Shown here: positions 50,493-64,000 of the stretch, one piece after another | Layout of the letters: each line of letters opens with the position of its first letter | Numbering within the stretch: position 1 is the first letter of the stretch | From: Eledone cirrhosa | Taxonomy: Eukaryota | Direction: 5' to 3' | NCBI GenBank assembly: GCA_964016885.1 | Contig: OZ024745.1 | Coordinates: 61,628,001-61,692,000, forward strand | Length of the DNA: 64,000 nt | Notes under the pieces: generated by a model | Databases searched by the model: none | The model's input: only the letters and a program-made list of their open reading frames with translations | Told to the model about the DNA's origin: nothing | Made by a program: the position numbers and the translations under genes

Positions 50493-53400
50493 CTGCCATT
50501 AGCTCTGCCACGCCCCCCAAGTCTGAAGAACAAAAAATAATTACAACAAAATTAGACATTGAAACAAACAAACAAAATGAAAAAACAAATGTTAAGGAAA
50601 ATGAGCAAACAGAAAACAAACAAACAGAAAATAATACAAATAACGACAGGGCAACTTTCGCCCAGAAAACAAAACAATCCATTACATACACACCAATTGA
50701 CCTAACTGCCGCCAGAGAAAAACTGGCCGAAGCAAAGAAACACATTGTTTTGGGGGAGAACGGAATGTTTTCCATTAACTCCCCCCCCAGAATTCAAGAA
50801 AGCCAGAGCAGAAAACACAGTTCTCTACAGAACTATACTGAACCAGACAAGAAAACCAGCACAGCCCAGCCAAATGGAAATAGAGTTAGTCCTAAAAGAC
50901 TATATGAAGAATATTCTCTTCATACGAAAGGACCGACTCTATGGCAGCATTTCGGTCCTAACAAGAGACAAAGAAACGGCGGAGAAGCTTTCCCTAAGCC
51001 CACTCTCGTCGACAACATATAGCTTCTATCCCTCCTACATGGGTAGAAGAACACAGAGAGTAAAAGTAAAAACAATGCTGCCCACAATGGACTTCTTGTG
51101 GGCTATTGCTGGCTTCATTGATATGGGCGAAGACACAATGCTGTCAATGGGGAAGGCAACTGGAGATGCGTTCCTGGGAATGGGCCTCGACATACTAGTC
51201 CAAATGAGGCCCGAAAGAATAGCACAAATCCCGGATCGCATCTGGCTGGATGACCTTACCCCAATAGACATAATTGTAGAGGGGAGAAGACCAGCATGCT
51301 ATTTATGCATGGAAAGGGGACACGTTAAGGCTAACTGCCCGAAACGTATCCCCCAAAAAGGACTATTGCCCACACCCACCACAAACAGTACACCAACACC
51401 ACCCACCTCCAAAAATACACTAATACCACACACAGCAAACAAAATACAGACACCACCAACCACAAACACAACACAAACATCACCACCACCAGCACCAAAC
51501 ACAAGCACGACACAAAAATCACCACCACCAACCACAACACAAACATCACCACCACCATCACCAACCACAAGCACGACACAAACATTACCACCACCACCAC
51601 AAAACCCATTCCAAACAAATAATAAAAAAAACAGTAACAAATCTACCCCTCCCGCAAAAAACAACAACCACACAACACGTCCCTCCCACCTAGCGCTGAA
51701 GAGTTTCCCCCAACTTCTGAAGAAGAAGGAGGAGAAGCCTTCAGACAAGTTAAAAGAAAAAAAAGAAAACACACACCCAGCACACCACAAATAACCCACA
51801 CACAAACACCAACTCCAATCAAAAACACCCCACCCTCAACAAACAAAAATAAATCTGCGCCTCCCCTCTCCGAAACATTGACAGCATCACAAAAAAAGAC
51901 GTTGCAATACACATATATAAATAAAGAAAACAAAAAACTGGTTAAATTAATAAACAATAACCCTATGGTGCAGACCGAAGGGCCAAACTTTATCTCAACA
52001 GAGAACTTCACCCATTTAAAAATGATAAAGGTCCCTCTGGACCTTTATCGTTCCTTAAAAGAACAATTTAGACGGGACGTGAGCCCCCCCTGTTTAAAAC
52101 CGTTGAATCGCGTCCTCTTGAAAGATTTCCCCATAACCGCCCCTCTCCCTGACACAACTCCAAATACCCCAACCCCACCACACACGTGTACCCCCACACC
52201 ACCACAAAACATCCCTCCACCCAACACACCTGATGCCATGGAAATTACACAACCCGGAGAGGTAAGTGCTTTTCTTTCTTCACTTTCAACACCAAAATAG
52301 ATCAATTGAGAGTTGGCTGTTTGAACGCGCGTGGCCTGGGCTCAGCTTGGAAGCAAGCAAAGCTTCTAAGTGACCTCAGGTCACAAAGTATAGATGTGAT
52401 GGTTGTTTGCGAGAGTCGGATCAGCAGCGTGAGACAGCTGGCGCCCGCCTTCGATGACTTTGAGATGCACGCATCTCTCTGTCAACCCGGAGGCGGGGGG
52501 GGGGGGAGTTGCCGTACTGCTGGATAAACGTCTGACTCTCGACGTACAGATTGTTCACTCGGACCCGGGGGGTCGATTACTGGTGCTGGACGTCGGAGGC
52601 GGTGAAGGCGGGGCTTTCAGACTGGTCGGTCTTTATGCTCCCTTCGGGGCGGAAAGAGCCGACTTCTTCCAGCGTCTGGAGACTTTTCTAGGAACGTCGC
52701 GTTCCCTGCTTTTAGTGGGGGACTGGAATGGAATCCTAGATGCGCGTTGGGACTATGCAGGGGCATGTCCCGATAGAGGGGGGTGTAGCAGCCTCAAGGG
52801 GTTACTCGATCGATTCGACCTGGTCGATAGATTTCGACTAGATTGTCCAACTGCGCCAACCTGGACCTGGGCAAACCGCAGTGGACAATCTAGATCGTAC
52901 CTAGATAGGTTTTTGGTTAGGAGTAAGGATAGGGACGTATTTAGTTGTCCAGAACTGATCATGGTTGGCTATTCAGATCACAAATTAGTGACCTGCGTGG
53001 TCAACCTTGATAGAACGCATAGACAGGGTCCCGGTTACTGGAAGATGAACTTGTCCTTACCGACAAAGAAAGATTACAGAAACCGGATTAGTAGCTTAGT
53101 TAAGATGCGGTTGACGGGAGCGATCGTCAACAGTAGGTGGTGGATATCTCTAAAGAGAGAGATTAGAGTAAGTTCGATAGGTTACAGTAAGGAACTAGCG
53201 GCGAATAGAAATAGGAGGGAAAGGGAGTTAACAGATAAACTAGAAGAGGCGATTAGGAGCGGAGACGTAGCCAGAGTGTTAGCGACGAGAACGGCATTGA
53301 GCCAGTTCTTTGACGCGAAGCACGAAGACTGCGTTGTCCGAAGTAAAATACGTGCTTTAGGAAACGAGGGGACCAAAGCTGTTAGCTGGGCCCGCGTGAC

Positions 53401-55972
53401 AGAAGCCAAGAGTGGGATTAAATCCACCATTCGGTCTTTGCAAGACCAGGATGGACGGGTGATCCTTGAACCTGAGCGAATGTGCGAGACCTTTCAAAGG
53501 CACTTTGCTCGACTGTTCGGAGGTGGCGGGGGGCCGGACGGGGATGTGGACTTCGGTCCATACCTCGACGGTCTACCGCGTCTTTCGAGCGGCGAAGCGG
53601 AGTGCTGCGAAAGGCCAATCACAGCCACTGAAATCGGGGAAGCGCTCAGCCAATGCAGCAGACGCAAATCCCCGGGTCTCGATGGTCTACCATACGAACT
53701 TTATTTAGCTATGCCGGTCTTGTTCTCCGAACTCCTCGAGGCTGTCTATTGCAACTGGCAACAGAACGGGAGAATTCCCTGTTCTGTGACCAAGGGCGTG
53801 GTCACGCTAGTGAGGAAGGACGAGAGCAAGGGGGACGACTTAAGTAACTTTAGGCCCATAACTCTGCTGAATGCAGAGTTACAGATTTTGGCCAAGGTGT
53901 TGGCGAAGAGGTTGGCGCTTGTGGTGGGTGGTTTGGTGGGAGACGCGCAGACATGCGCTATCCCGTCCAGGTCCATTCACGACAACCTCCACCTCATGCG
54001 ATACATCATAGAGAGGGTTGGCTACGAACCCGGCTTTGGTGGGGCCCTGATCAACTTGGATCAATCTAAGGCGTTCGATAGGGTCGACCATGGTTACCTG
54101 GATGCGGTGCTAGCGGCGGCGGGCTTCGGACCCGTTTTCAGGGGCTGGATTTCTGCCATGCACAGTGGCAACATCTACTCTAGGATTAAAGTAAACGGCT
54201 ACCTCTCGGAGCCGTTTCAAATCACCCGATCCATCAGACAGGGGTGCCCCCTCTCCTCCCTTCTGTACGTATTGACTCTCGAGCCACTGCTGCGGAAGTT
54301 GGAGTTGCTGCGGGGCATACCCCTGGAACCGGGATTGCACAAAGCGGTCTCGGCCTATGCCGACGACGTAACAGTAATGGTGGCGGACGCCTCGGAAATC
54401 GGGGCGATCGCCACCCTACTGGAGGAATACGAAAGGCTGACGGGGGCTAAGCTGAACCAGGACAAGTCAGTCGGTTTGCAACTCGGAACGTGGAGGGGCA
54501 AACCGATGCCGTTAGACGGTGTCGTCGGGCGGTGGACGGAGGGCCCGGTGAAGCTGCTCGGGGTCTGGTTCGGACCGGACCTCCAGGTGGAGAAGAATTG
54601 GGGCGAGGTGACGAGCAGGGTGTTTGCGCTGACCCAGAAGTGGGCCAAGTGCAAACTATCACTGAAAGGTCGGGCGGAGGTGACGAACGCTTACATAGCG
54701 TCCGTCATCTACTACCGCCTGACCGTCGTGCCTTGCCCCAAGGAAAAGCTCACCATCATGGAACGCATGCTCTTCCAGTTCCTCTGGAAGAAGCGGCCTC
54801 CCATGGTGAGGAGATCCATCTGCTGCCAGCACCCTTCGAAAGGAGGGCTGGGTATGCCGTGGCTGTTGATGCGTAGGCACGCATTGAGGCTACGGCATCT
54901 ACAGGTATTCCTCAACGGTCAGCCGGTGTGGGCCCCGTTTGTGAGGCGAGCCTTCCCACAGCTCGTCTCGCTCACCGAACTGCAATCGTGGGTGAAGCAA
55001 AGACCGAGAAAACTGGGCAACTGGCACACCGAGTGTGCCCAGGCGCTCACGGCTATCTGGCAAGCGGACCCGACTGTCAGTGGAGAATCCACCTCGACAT
55101 TCTATAGAGGGTTGGTGGCTAGCAGGGGCGACGACACCCTTGGAGAGTCGCTAGGCATGGAGGAGGATGAACTGGCCAGCCTGTTCGGTAGAACTTTCGG
55201 CCCGGGACCCATGGACAACTTCCAGAGGTCCCTAGCCTGGCAGTGTTACCGGGGGGCTCTGCCCGTTCGAGAAAAGCTCTACAGACACGGGCGCCCGGGC
55301 AGGGATCCCGCGAAAAAGATCTGTCCCAGATGCGTGCGCGACGAGGAAACCGTTGCGCATGCACTGGTACACTGCCCGGGCGTTGCCGATCTGTGGGGCT
55401 ACGTCGAACGACTGCTGTCGCGTGTGGCGCCGATTCGATTAACCGCCGAGTCTGTGGTGAACATCAAGCCGCCTCCTCCCTTCAGAAATGAAGCAGAGGC
55501 GGTCTTTCTGTGCGTAATAGCCATGATGAAAGAGGTTGTGTGGTGGACGCGCCTGAAAGGTCTGAGGTCGGGTGACTTTCTCTCCGGCCATCACCTGGTT
55601 TACTTCTTCCGATACCACTTCGGAAGAAGAATCAGGATGGAGAGAGAAGTGCTTGGTCCCAGACAGTTTTATGTAAGGTGGGTGAAAGAAGCGAGAATGG
55701 CCCGTGTAAATGGGCCTTCTCTCTACATTGTTCTGTAGGTGAAGAAGTGAAGAGGAAAGGGGGAGCGCCTCTTCTCTGGGCTTCCCCCGCGAAAAGAGTT
55801 GCACACTTTTCGGGGGTATGTGCAATCCCCAACACGCCCCCTCCCTTTTGAGGACTTTTTATTGTTATATTATTATTGTTATTCCTTTTTTCTTTACTCG
55901 ATTTATGTAAACTCCCCCACTGTGTAAATGTCCCCTTCTTTTGTGCCCTCGTGGCAAATAAATAGAAATTTA
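50490..55972 (+). mobile_element. Tx1-like family A copy 2, lacking 5' UTR
   Basis: Near-identical to 38667-44147. Frameshifts at homopolymer runs (~50785, ~51660, ~52500). Ends in (ATCT)n. Confidence 0.92.
52297..55738 (+). pseudogene. Family A copy 2 ORF2, with one frameshift in an expanded G run
   Basis: ORFs 52306-52527 and 52454-55738 together equal ORF2 of copy 1 apart from a few substitutions. Confidence 0.85.
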
Positions 55973-56455
55973 TCTATCTATCTATCTATCTATCTACCTG
56001 CCTAGCAATGTATTATTGTATCTATCTACATACACACCTAATTACCTTCTACTTACCTAGCTACCTACCTACATACCTACCTAACTATCTATCCATCTGT
56101 CTACCAACACCGCTAAACATTCGGGGTAATATTTATTCTACGTATTGGTGCGCTAAGTACAATTTGAAGCATGACCTCTCACCATCACACGAATCTATAA
56201 ATGTTTGATACAATCTAAATACATTATATAGCGGGTTGTCATAATATAACACCGTGTTAAATGTGTTATAAATGTGCCAAACCCTACAGATATCATAGGA
56301 CTTTACTGTTGTTTACTATTGGTATAATCTGTTTCAACGAATCTTCATTCAATTGCTTTTACTTTGCCTTAATGTGAAATGAGCTGTTAACTGAAGTTAA
56401 TGTATCTGCAATTGGACCATTAAAACTACTGAAAACAACTTTCACACACACATAC

Positions 56456-56532
<77 letters not shown>

Positions 56533-56547
56533 CAACTATATGCATAT

Positions 56548-56693
<146 letters not shown>

Positions 56694-56708
56694 GTATATA
56701 TATATGTG

Positions 56709-56739
<31 letters not shown>

Positions 56740-56787
56740 GTAGAGAGAGAGAGAGAGAGACAACTATATGCATATACTTCTCTCTCA

Positions 56788-56821
<34 letters not shown>

Positions 56822-56855
56822 GTAGAGAGAGAGAGAGAGACAACTATATGCATAT

Positions 56856-56915
<60 letters not shown>

Positions 56916-56918
56916 GCA

Positions 56919-57018
<100 letters not shown>

Positions 57019-57034
57019 TGAATATATATATATA

Positions 57035-57065
57035 TGTAGAAGCGATTCAACAACAGACACTTTAA

Positions 57066-57102
<37 letters not shown>

Positions 57103-57214
57103 GTCTTTTTTATCTATCTTATATATATATATATTTATATATGTGTGTGTGTTTGTGAATATAATATATATATATATATATATATGTGTCTGTGCGTGTG
57201 TATGAATTTACATA

Positions 57215-57306
<92 letters not shown>

Positions 57307-57367
57307 AATTCATACATACGCACACACACACACATATATATATATATAAGATAGATAAAAAAAAGAC

Positions 57368-57406
<39 letters not shown>

Positions 57407-57449
57407 AAAGCGGGGGAGTTAAAGTTTCTGTTGTTGAATTACTTCTACA
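57035..57449. repeat. Fold-back inverted repeat built from short unique blocks and microsatellites
   Basis: TGTAGAAG.GATTCAACAACAGA.ACTTTAACTC..TCGTCTTTTTTATCTATCTT is mirrored at 57347-57449. Confidence 0.8.
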
Positions 57450-57796
57450 CTCCATGTATGGTAAAACCTAGTTTATGGTTGATCCATACTTGAAAATATA
57501 TTGTACCTCTAATCAAAAGAGTTATCTTAAAATCTCATCTATCTTAGACTAGAGGCTTTTACATTGGAACAATTTATGCCATAACATTTCTTGGTAGTCT
57601 CCACAAGAACAGAAAGGTGATTCAATACTGCCTGTTCCTGACAAAATATACTTCGAGGGTATATATGGCTCATTCGAAGCCAACAAATTATTTGTTTGTT
57701 AATCTTATTCAGTGTGTGATAGGTTTCAAATATATCTGTTTGAAATAATACAGGGTTGAAATTTGATAGCCTTTTTTGGCATTATTTCTCATATTT

Positions 57797-57984
57797 AGAT
57801 GGTGGATTGGCAGTATCGGTAGAGGGTCGGACGCCATGCTTTGCAGCATAGTTACGTCCCTTTACGATTTGAGTTCAAATCCCACCGAGGTTGACTTTGC
57901 CTTTCATCCTTACGGGCTCGATAAAATAAAGTACCAGTAATGCACTGGGTAATTGCTGGCCTTGTGCCTAAAGTAGAAACAATT
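57797..57984 (+). mobile_element. Full-length tRNA-derived SINE
   Basis: A-box TGGCAGTATCGG, B-box GAGTTCAAATCCC, conserved body. Flanking repeat ATTATTTCTC(A/T)TATTT. Confidence 0.88.
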
Positions 57985-59099
57985 ATTTCTCTTATTTTCC
58001 CTACTGTTGACTAATTACGTGTTTGCTGAATGTTTTGACTTCTTATATATTTGGAATGTAATCTAAAATAATTATATAAATAATTATGTAATCTAAAATA
58101 ATTTCAATTTGGGCTTTCTCGTTTGCTAATTAGTTTGCTTTCCTGTTTTCCCTAATATCTGTATGACCTGGTACTGGTATCAAAATCACTGTTATTTTTT
58201 ACTATTTTCTTATAGATAATTATCTATTTTTAGCAGAACATTCACTTTTTCTAACCTGACATATTTTACAAATCATTTCTTGTGCTCAAGTCATAGATGA
58301 TAGCCTTTCCAACTACTTTCATCAAATAGTGTAAAACCCTTGTTCAATCCGAAGTTCATATTTTGAAGAGCTTATGTATCTCCGCATTCCACTCTACTGT
58401 CTGAATGCAACACACCTGTATACTTGAACCATTTTCTAAAGCGGTATGAATGTGTAAATTTGATATGGTGTTCGTTTGGTTCTCTCCTTGAACATTTTAA
58501 TTGTTCTATCCATGGTGATAGCCAAACATGATATATTTTCTTTTCTGTTTAAACTGAGCCGTTAGAAATTGACGCTTCTTAGATACTTCTATTAACAAGT
58601 AAGTGGGGGGGGGGGGGGGGGGGTTAACCCACCTTCATGAAAGGTTGCTATTTTAGAAGTTGGTTTTGAACAATTCAATATAGTACGGAACTTTCCATTG
58701 CTTGATAATAGCTAGTGTTAATGACTTTCTGTATACTGATACCTTACAAAACCTGATCGTTCCTAACTCACAAATATATAATCTCAAGTGTTCATATGTT
58801 AGGAAGTCATTGTTTACAATGAAAACGTGAGATAAGGTTCACATTTCAAACTAGATTGTAACTAATTGATAAGGATCTTTATGGTTTGGGAGGGGGGGGG
58901 GGGGCTTTGTTCTTTAAGTATATTCACCACATTGATAAGTGAGCGGTTCTGATTTGTGGAAACATATCAATGTGTTTTAGAGGGATCAAGGTGCTGACCA
59001 TTTTTGTTTGCAGATTTAGTTGCAGTTTACAATGTGCATAGTATATTTTTAATTTTTAATGATGATACTACATGAAGTATGAATGTGACACTTTCACAA

Positions 59100-59400
59100 T
59101 TTCGGTAAGATATCTAAACAAATCTTTGGTGTAGAATAGAATATGAATGGGTTAATCTCCTAAAGCTTTCGGAAAACTCTGAAGAAGGTATATAATTTGA
59201 GTCCTCATTACTAACAATCAGTTTTGTATTACGATTGGTGAGAAAGCTAGCGACCCAGTTACAAAGGTAGTTGGGAATGTCATGATGATATAATTTCTTA
59301 ATTAGAACTAAATGAATGTCGATATCGTAAGCCATTTAAATGAGCCATTTATATCTAGTGAGATAAAGAGGGTTGATATTTTCTTTCATGTACGTACAAG
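59100..59400 (-). pseudogene. Very decayed LINE RT fragment
   Basis: AYD.D.H..LIKKL...IPNYLCNWVASFLTNR matches the post-motif-A region of Jockey/I/CR1-type RTs. Confidence 0.5.
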
Positions 59401-59516
59401 ATTCTCCGAGTCACTCGCAATCCTAACTGAAATTTTGGAAACATTTTTTTCTCTCCTCTAAGAAAGATAAGCTTTTAGACAATTGTTTCAAGCATTTTAG
59501 ATAGAATACATAGTTC

Positions 59517-59713
59517 TAGGGTCGACTGAAAAATTGATAGGCTGACTAAGATACTCTCATGGAATGACCAAATGAAGTTTGTTTTTCAACATAGCTCCTG
59601 GAAAGAAACAATGCAATTATTAATAAGAAGAGTTGAAAATAATGCATACAAGATTTCACAGCTCTCGCATCCCTCCTCCATAGTCAACCTATGAACCTTT
59701 CAGCCCGCTCACG
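59517..59713. mobile_element. Degenerate mariner-derived MITE
   Basis: Imperfect TIRs GGTCGACTGAAAAATTGATAGGCTGAC / GTCAACCTATGAACCTTTCAGCCCG. Confidence 0.55.
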
Positions 59714-60290
59714 TTGGGCTATAGAATGATGTGATATAGTAGAATGGTAACCTTGAACTACATTATCTAACGTGTCCTTTTTTATTTTTTAAAATTCCTT
59801 TCGTTTATTCAAAGCATATCAATTTAACAACTAAACAACGACAGACATATTCAATATACAAAATCACACAATATCATTAAAAACCATTGACATTCTATAA
59901 ACATTATTGAGTAGTATCTATTAAAAACAAAACACACTATTAGAGGGAACACAAAAGGAAGAAAAAAGAGGAAATGAAAAGAAAAAAAGGGATCAAGAAA
60001 CAAAAGAAAGGGAGAGGGGGAGTGACAAACACTACATCTCAGTCTGAGTAGTGCCTCAGCGGTGCCCCATAATTGCAAAGGCATTACCGCAGAGAATGGC
60101 CAGAGACATCCGCTGTAAGGGCCACACCACCTCATGGGGCTCATTTCCCAAGCAAGAGGCACCGTCATTCTGAATTTACTGAGGAAATCAACAATTTGAG
60201 CATCAAGGCCATCGGAGGTCTCGACGGAGACCGGTGCAAAAAGGTGGTGGTTGGTCAGGCTCTGGTATTTGACTCTATTCCTCTCATTCG

Positions 60291-60603
60291 CTAGCAGTCT
60301 TTATTTGGTTTTAGTATTATTAACGTATGAGTAAATTTCCATATATCTGGAGGTTGTTGAAAATCAATTATATTATTAAATATATTTAGTTCTATTTCTT
60401 GCATTAAAACTCCATGATTCATTGATGATTAAATTTCATCCAAACTTGTGATTATCTCGTCTTTTAACTCATCTTTAGCTGATAGTAACGCTTGCTTAAT
60501 AATAGGCTTTCCTCCTATTAATATAACGAAATTGCAACAGCATCCATATATAAGGAAATTTACTCATACGTTAATAATACCGAAACCAAATAAAGACAAC
60601 TAG
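60291..60603. mobile_element. MITE with ~50-bp terminal inverted repeats
   Basis: CTAG..GTCTTTATTTGGTTT..GTATTATTAACGTATGAGTAAATTTCC, with its reverse complement at 60554-60603. Confidence 0.75.
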
Positions 60604-61745
60604 CATTCAACCAGATCACATCATCATATAGGAGTGAGGTAAATCCTTTGTTCTTTACGTATTTGAGTTTCTGCTTTTTTAAATGACCCACCCCACTCCT
60701 TAAAAAAAACTTCACAAATAGCGAATATAATTTAGAGGTGTCCGAGATTATTACAGTATTGTCATTGATGTATTAATAGTGCTTTGTCATTTTGGTTGAA
60801 TGTCGAGTTGTATATGCCTCATATGTCACCGATGAACTCCAGAACTCCAGATTAGCCTTACTAAATCAGAAATTACTTTTGGCTGGCTATATTTGTCTTT
60901 TACACTATCATTTATATGCATTTCATAATTGGAATCTGTTGGATAGTATTTCCATTATTTAAAAAAGGAATATTGGTTCATATCTTTACTTATTTGTTTA
61001 AATATTTCGCTCCACTATACCTCGTTTTAATTGTTATATCTATTATTGTTATTCGGTATAATATAGGTTATTACGTATTTTCTGGCCGATAAATATTTGT
61101 AGACTTATTTTTAGTAGCCGGCTGATCTGATATTGTTAAATTTGTTGTGAAGTAATAGTTGTACTTCTAAATAATTAGTAAACTCTGTTCAGTCAGTTCC
61201 GTGAAATCGATATTTTCTTACTTTAACCTTTGTTTGATTTACTTTGCTATTATTAGCATTCCAATTAGTTAAGCAAATTGTAATATTAAAAATATGTCGT
61301 TTTCATTGAATTTGGTCATTAATTTGATTTAGTCTGGTAGTGCTGTTAGTGTTGTTAGTTAATGGCTACTAAGTAATTCTGTTAATATTAACTCCATAAA
61401 TAGACCAGCGGGGCATTTTGGTCTATATTATTCGTTTTGCCTATTCCTAATGTGTATCGGAATATCTGCCATATTTTGGATGGGCATCCTAAATGTTGGC
61501 TTTTGTTCTCAGATGATTTCGTTTTCTTCGCATAATTATTTCTGTTTTGTGGTGTATCTTATTCGTTGTGTTATATATTTACTAATGTTTTATTTGGTAA
61601 GCCACAATTTCTTTGCAGATTGCCACTGTTTGTTTCGTTGAAAGTACAATTTCAAGTTGTAAATCCGCTGTCTTACAGTATGTCAGATGAGGTGTTACGC
61701 AGCGGAGTCAAGATGTTAAATACACACACGCACACATACACACAT

Positions 61746-61790
<45 letters not shown>

Positions 61791-62058
61791 TACAAACATT
61801 CATTCGAGAACCCTATTCCAGCATTTGTTCGAATGCCATGCAGTCAAATCTCCGTTATGCATGTAAACTTGTCCATTCAAATATCATTCTAAAATAGTTG
61901 GGAAATAGAGGCGAGACCTTCAAACTATTGAACATCTAAGAAAGATTCCTAGCCTTAGATTCCTAGCACCATTTCTTTTGCCGACATGCTACATTTGTTA
62001 TTGTATAAACATAGAGTAGAGCCATGTTTATTACAAGAATATTAGTCAGGGCTATAAA

Positions 62059-62258
62059 TTTGGCAGAATCGGTAGAGCAGAATCAGCAGAGGTCAAATGC
62101 TTAGCAGTAATTGTTCTGGCTCTTTATGTTCTGATTTCAAATACGATCGAGGTTAGCTTTGCCTTTCATCTATACGTAGCAGTAACGCACTGGGGTCGAT
62201 TTAATCAACACCCCCTCCTCCAAACGTATTCACCACGTGCCTAAATCAGAAAGCATTA
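62059..62258 (+). mobile_element. Diverged SINE copy
   Basis: TGGCAGAATCGGTAGAG..TTCAAAT..GCCTTTCATC..GTGCCTAAATCAGAAA. Confidence 0.6.
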
Positions 62259-63117
62259 TATGTTACTCTGTTGACTATTGATTTGTATCTGGTCAGTTCT
62301 TTTTGAGCAGAATCTAGACCAAAGATATTTCATTTGTTTTTACAGATGTACCCCTATTGATCTATAACCCAATGTATGTGTGTGTCTTAGGCCAGTTAAG
62401 GAAAACGCACCAATCGTTCGTCATGATTTGAACTGTTTCGGCCCCACATTTGAAAAGAGTGTATAACTCTGAAATATGTTGAAATCCACTGGGTAAAACA
62501 TTACATTGTTCTATTGTATTTGTCATAATTTGCTTTTTGTAACTTTCTACAACGTTGTACCGGCTTTTTGAAAATTATCATATGTATATATGTACATATG
62601 CAAGGTGTTTTTTTTGTGTAGAAACCAACAGTCACCCATACAGTTCCGTGTCGCCTCTATGCTTTCCTAATGATTTCTTATGAATGAAACAGTTCTAGTC
62701 CCGTAAAGTTAATTTCTATAATAAAATAAATATGCCTATATTCTACTAATGTACTGAGTACCTTTTTTGAACCGTGGTTACCTCCCGATATACATCAGGA
62801 ATCCACCTAGTGTGTGTGTGGTCATATTTAAAACCTTATCTGCTACAATATATCTTATGAAGAAGGTTAGAGTATTATGTATATAGTGCTATGTGAGAGA
62901 AAAATGTGCTGTTCTACATACATTTGATATTGATTTACAGTAAAATTACCTATGGGAAATCCTTCAGCTGAGACGATCAGCTCCCATCCAGGAAGAGATT
63001 CTCGTAATGCTCACTAATACAATACATTAGAAAAAAGGATATTTCTGAACACAAACTCAATGGCACGCAGAAAAAATATGCATATCTTCATTTGCATATA
63101 CATCTATGCGTGTTATA

Positions 63118-64000
63118 TATGTGGTTTATATCGTGATGACTGTCTTATTCTTTCAACTAATCTTAGCCTATCAGAAATTGAAAAAAATAAAAAACTTAGA
63201 ACTTTCCTCAAAGACTATTACAATCTCACTATTACATTTGAAAACACCAGTAAAATAGTCAATTTCCTAGATATAACTTTAGACCTATCTACGGGTATCT
63301 ACCAACCTTACCATAAACCTAACCAAAACTTACATTACATACACTCATAATCCAATCATCCTAGATCTATCCTTAAAAATCTAGCATATAATATCTTACT
63401 TAGAATCTCTAACCTTTCATCTAACCAGGATGTATTCGATAAAAACGCGCCCTTTTATAACGAAGCTTTAGCTAGAAGCGGCCAAAAAAACAAATTAGTC
63501 TATATACCTTGCACCAATAATACTTCAAACATACAACCCAATATTACCAACAAACACCAAATGAAAAACCCACACCTAAATGCCACTCATACTACACCCC
63601 AAAATACCAACCTAAAACTTAATTTCTCTACCTCTTCTCACATAAAATATAATGACTTTCAAAAATCCATTCATCCTAATACTCCAATATATGTTAACAA
63701 CATTACTAACAAAATTCCTAGTAATCAGACTAAAACACCTAAATCAGTTAATCTAACTAAACCTATATATAATAAATTCACTAATAGTAACTCTCTTAGT
63801 AAACATCCTGATACATCGTATAAATATAAAAAAAACAATATTGAAACCGTAATAGACGGGTTACTTGGTATAATGCGCCATTTAATCTACAAATTAAAGA
63901 TAATATCCCTAAAAACATTTTACTATCCTAGAGAAAAACTTCCCGCCAAACCATAAATACCACCAAATTTTAAATAGATCAACTGTCAAATTTTCATAGT
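63118..64000 (+). pseudogene. Penelope-like element RT C-terminus (YRDD type), running off the window
   Basis: GLYRDDCL, VNFLDITLDL, PYHKPN, SNHPRSI..RISNLSSN..F..Y..AL..SG, and later RRVTWYNAPF. In-frame stop at 63348. Confidence 0.8.

Noticed and set aside
38580-55835. Antisense and alternate-frame ORFs within the Tx1-like elements
   Set aside because: Shadow ORFs of GC-rich or low-complexity coding sequence with no motifs.
59760-60290. Possible old LINE 3' end on the minus strand
   Set aside because: No alignable motif to support it.
60650-61650. Possible further PLE remnant on the minus strand
   Set aside because: Composition is suggestive, but I could not read a diagnostic peptide.

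Overview
Eukaryotic, gene-poor, AT- and microsatellite-rich DNA. The SINE types and repeat landscape suggest a cephalopod such as Octopus, which is an inference. No host protein-coding gene is supportable. The window has two main parts. (1) Positions ~7-38 kb are a (TA)n-rich zone packed with Penelope-like element (PLE) remnants and short non-coding elements with tandem and inverted duplications. Reading both strands gives about 18 minimal type I hammerhead-ribozyme motifs from roughly nine sequence families. One family carries the compensatory U3-A8 core in tandem copies 317 nt apart, which is retrozyme-like. (2) Positions ~38.4-56 kb are a head-to-tail cluster of L1/Tx1-clade retrotransposons, all sitting in (ATCT)n microsatellite. 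One copy has intact ORFs. ORF2 of that family lacks an AUG, and its ATA overlaps the ORF1 stop. A splice-donor motif at the ORF1 end is conserved between the two families, and the ORF2 stop looks like a splice acceptor. The rest is tRNA-derived SINEs, CR1/L2, RTE and Tc1/mariner fragments, MITEs and simple repeats. All structures were read by eye and nothing was computed or searched.
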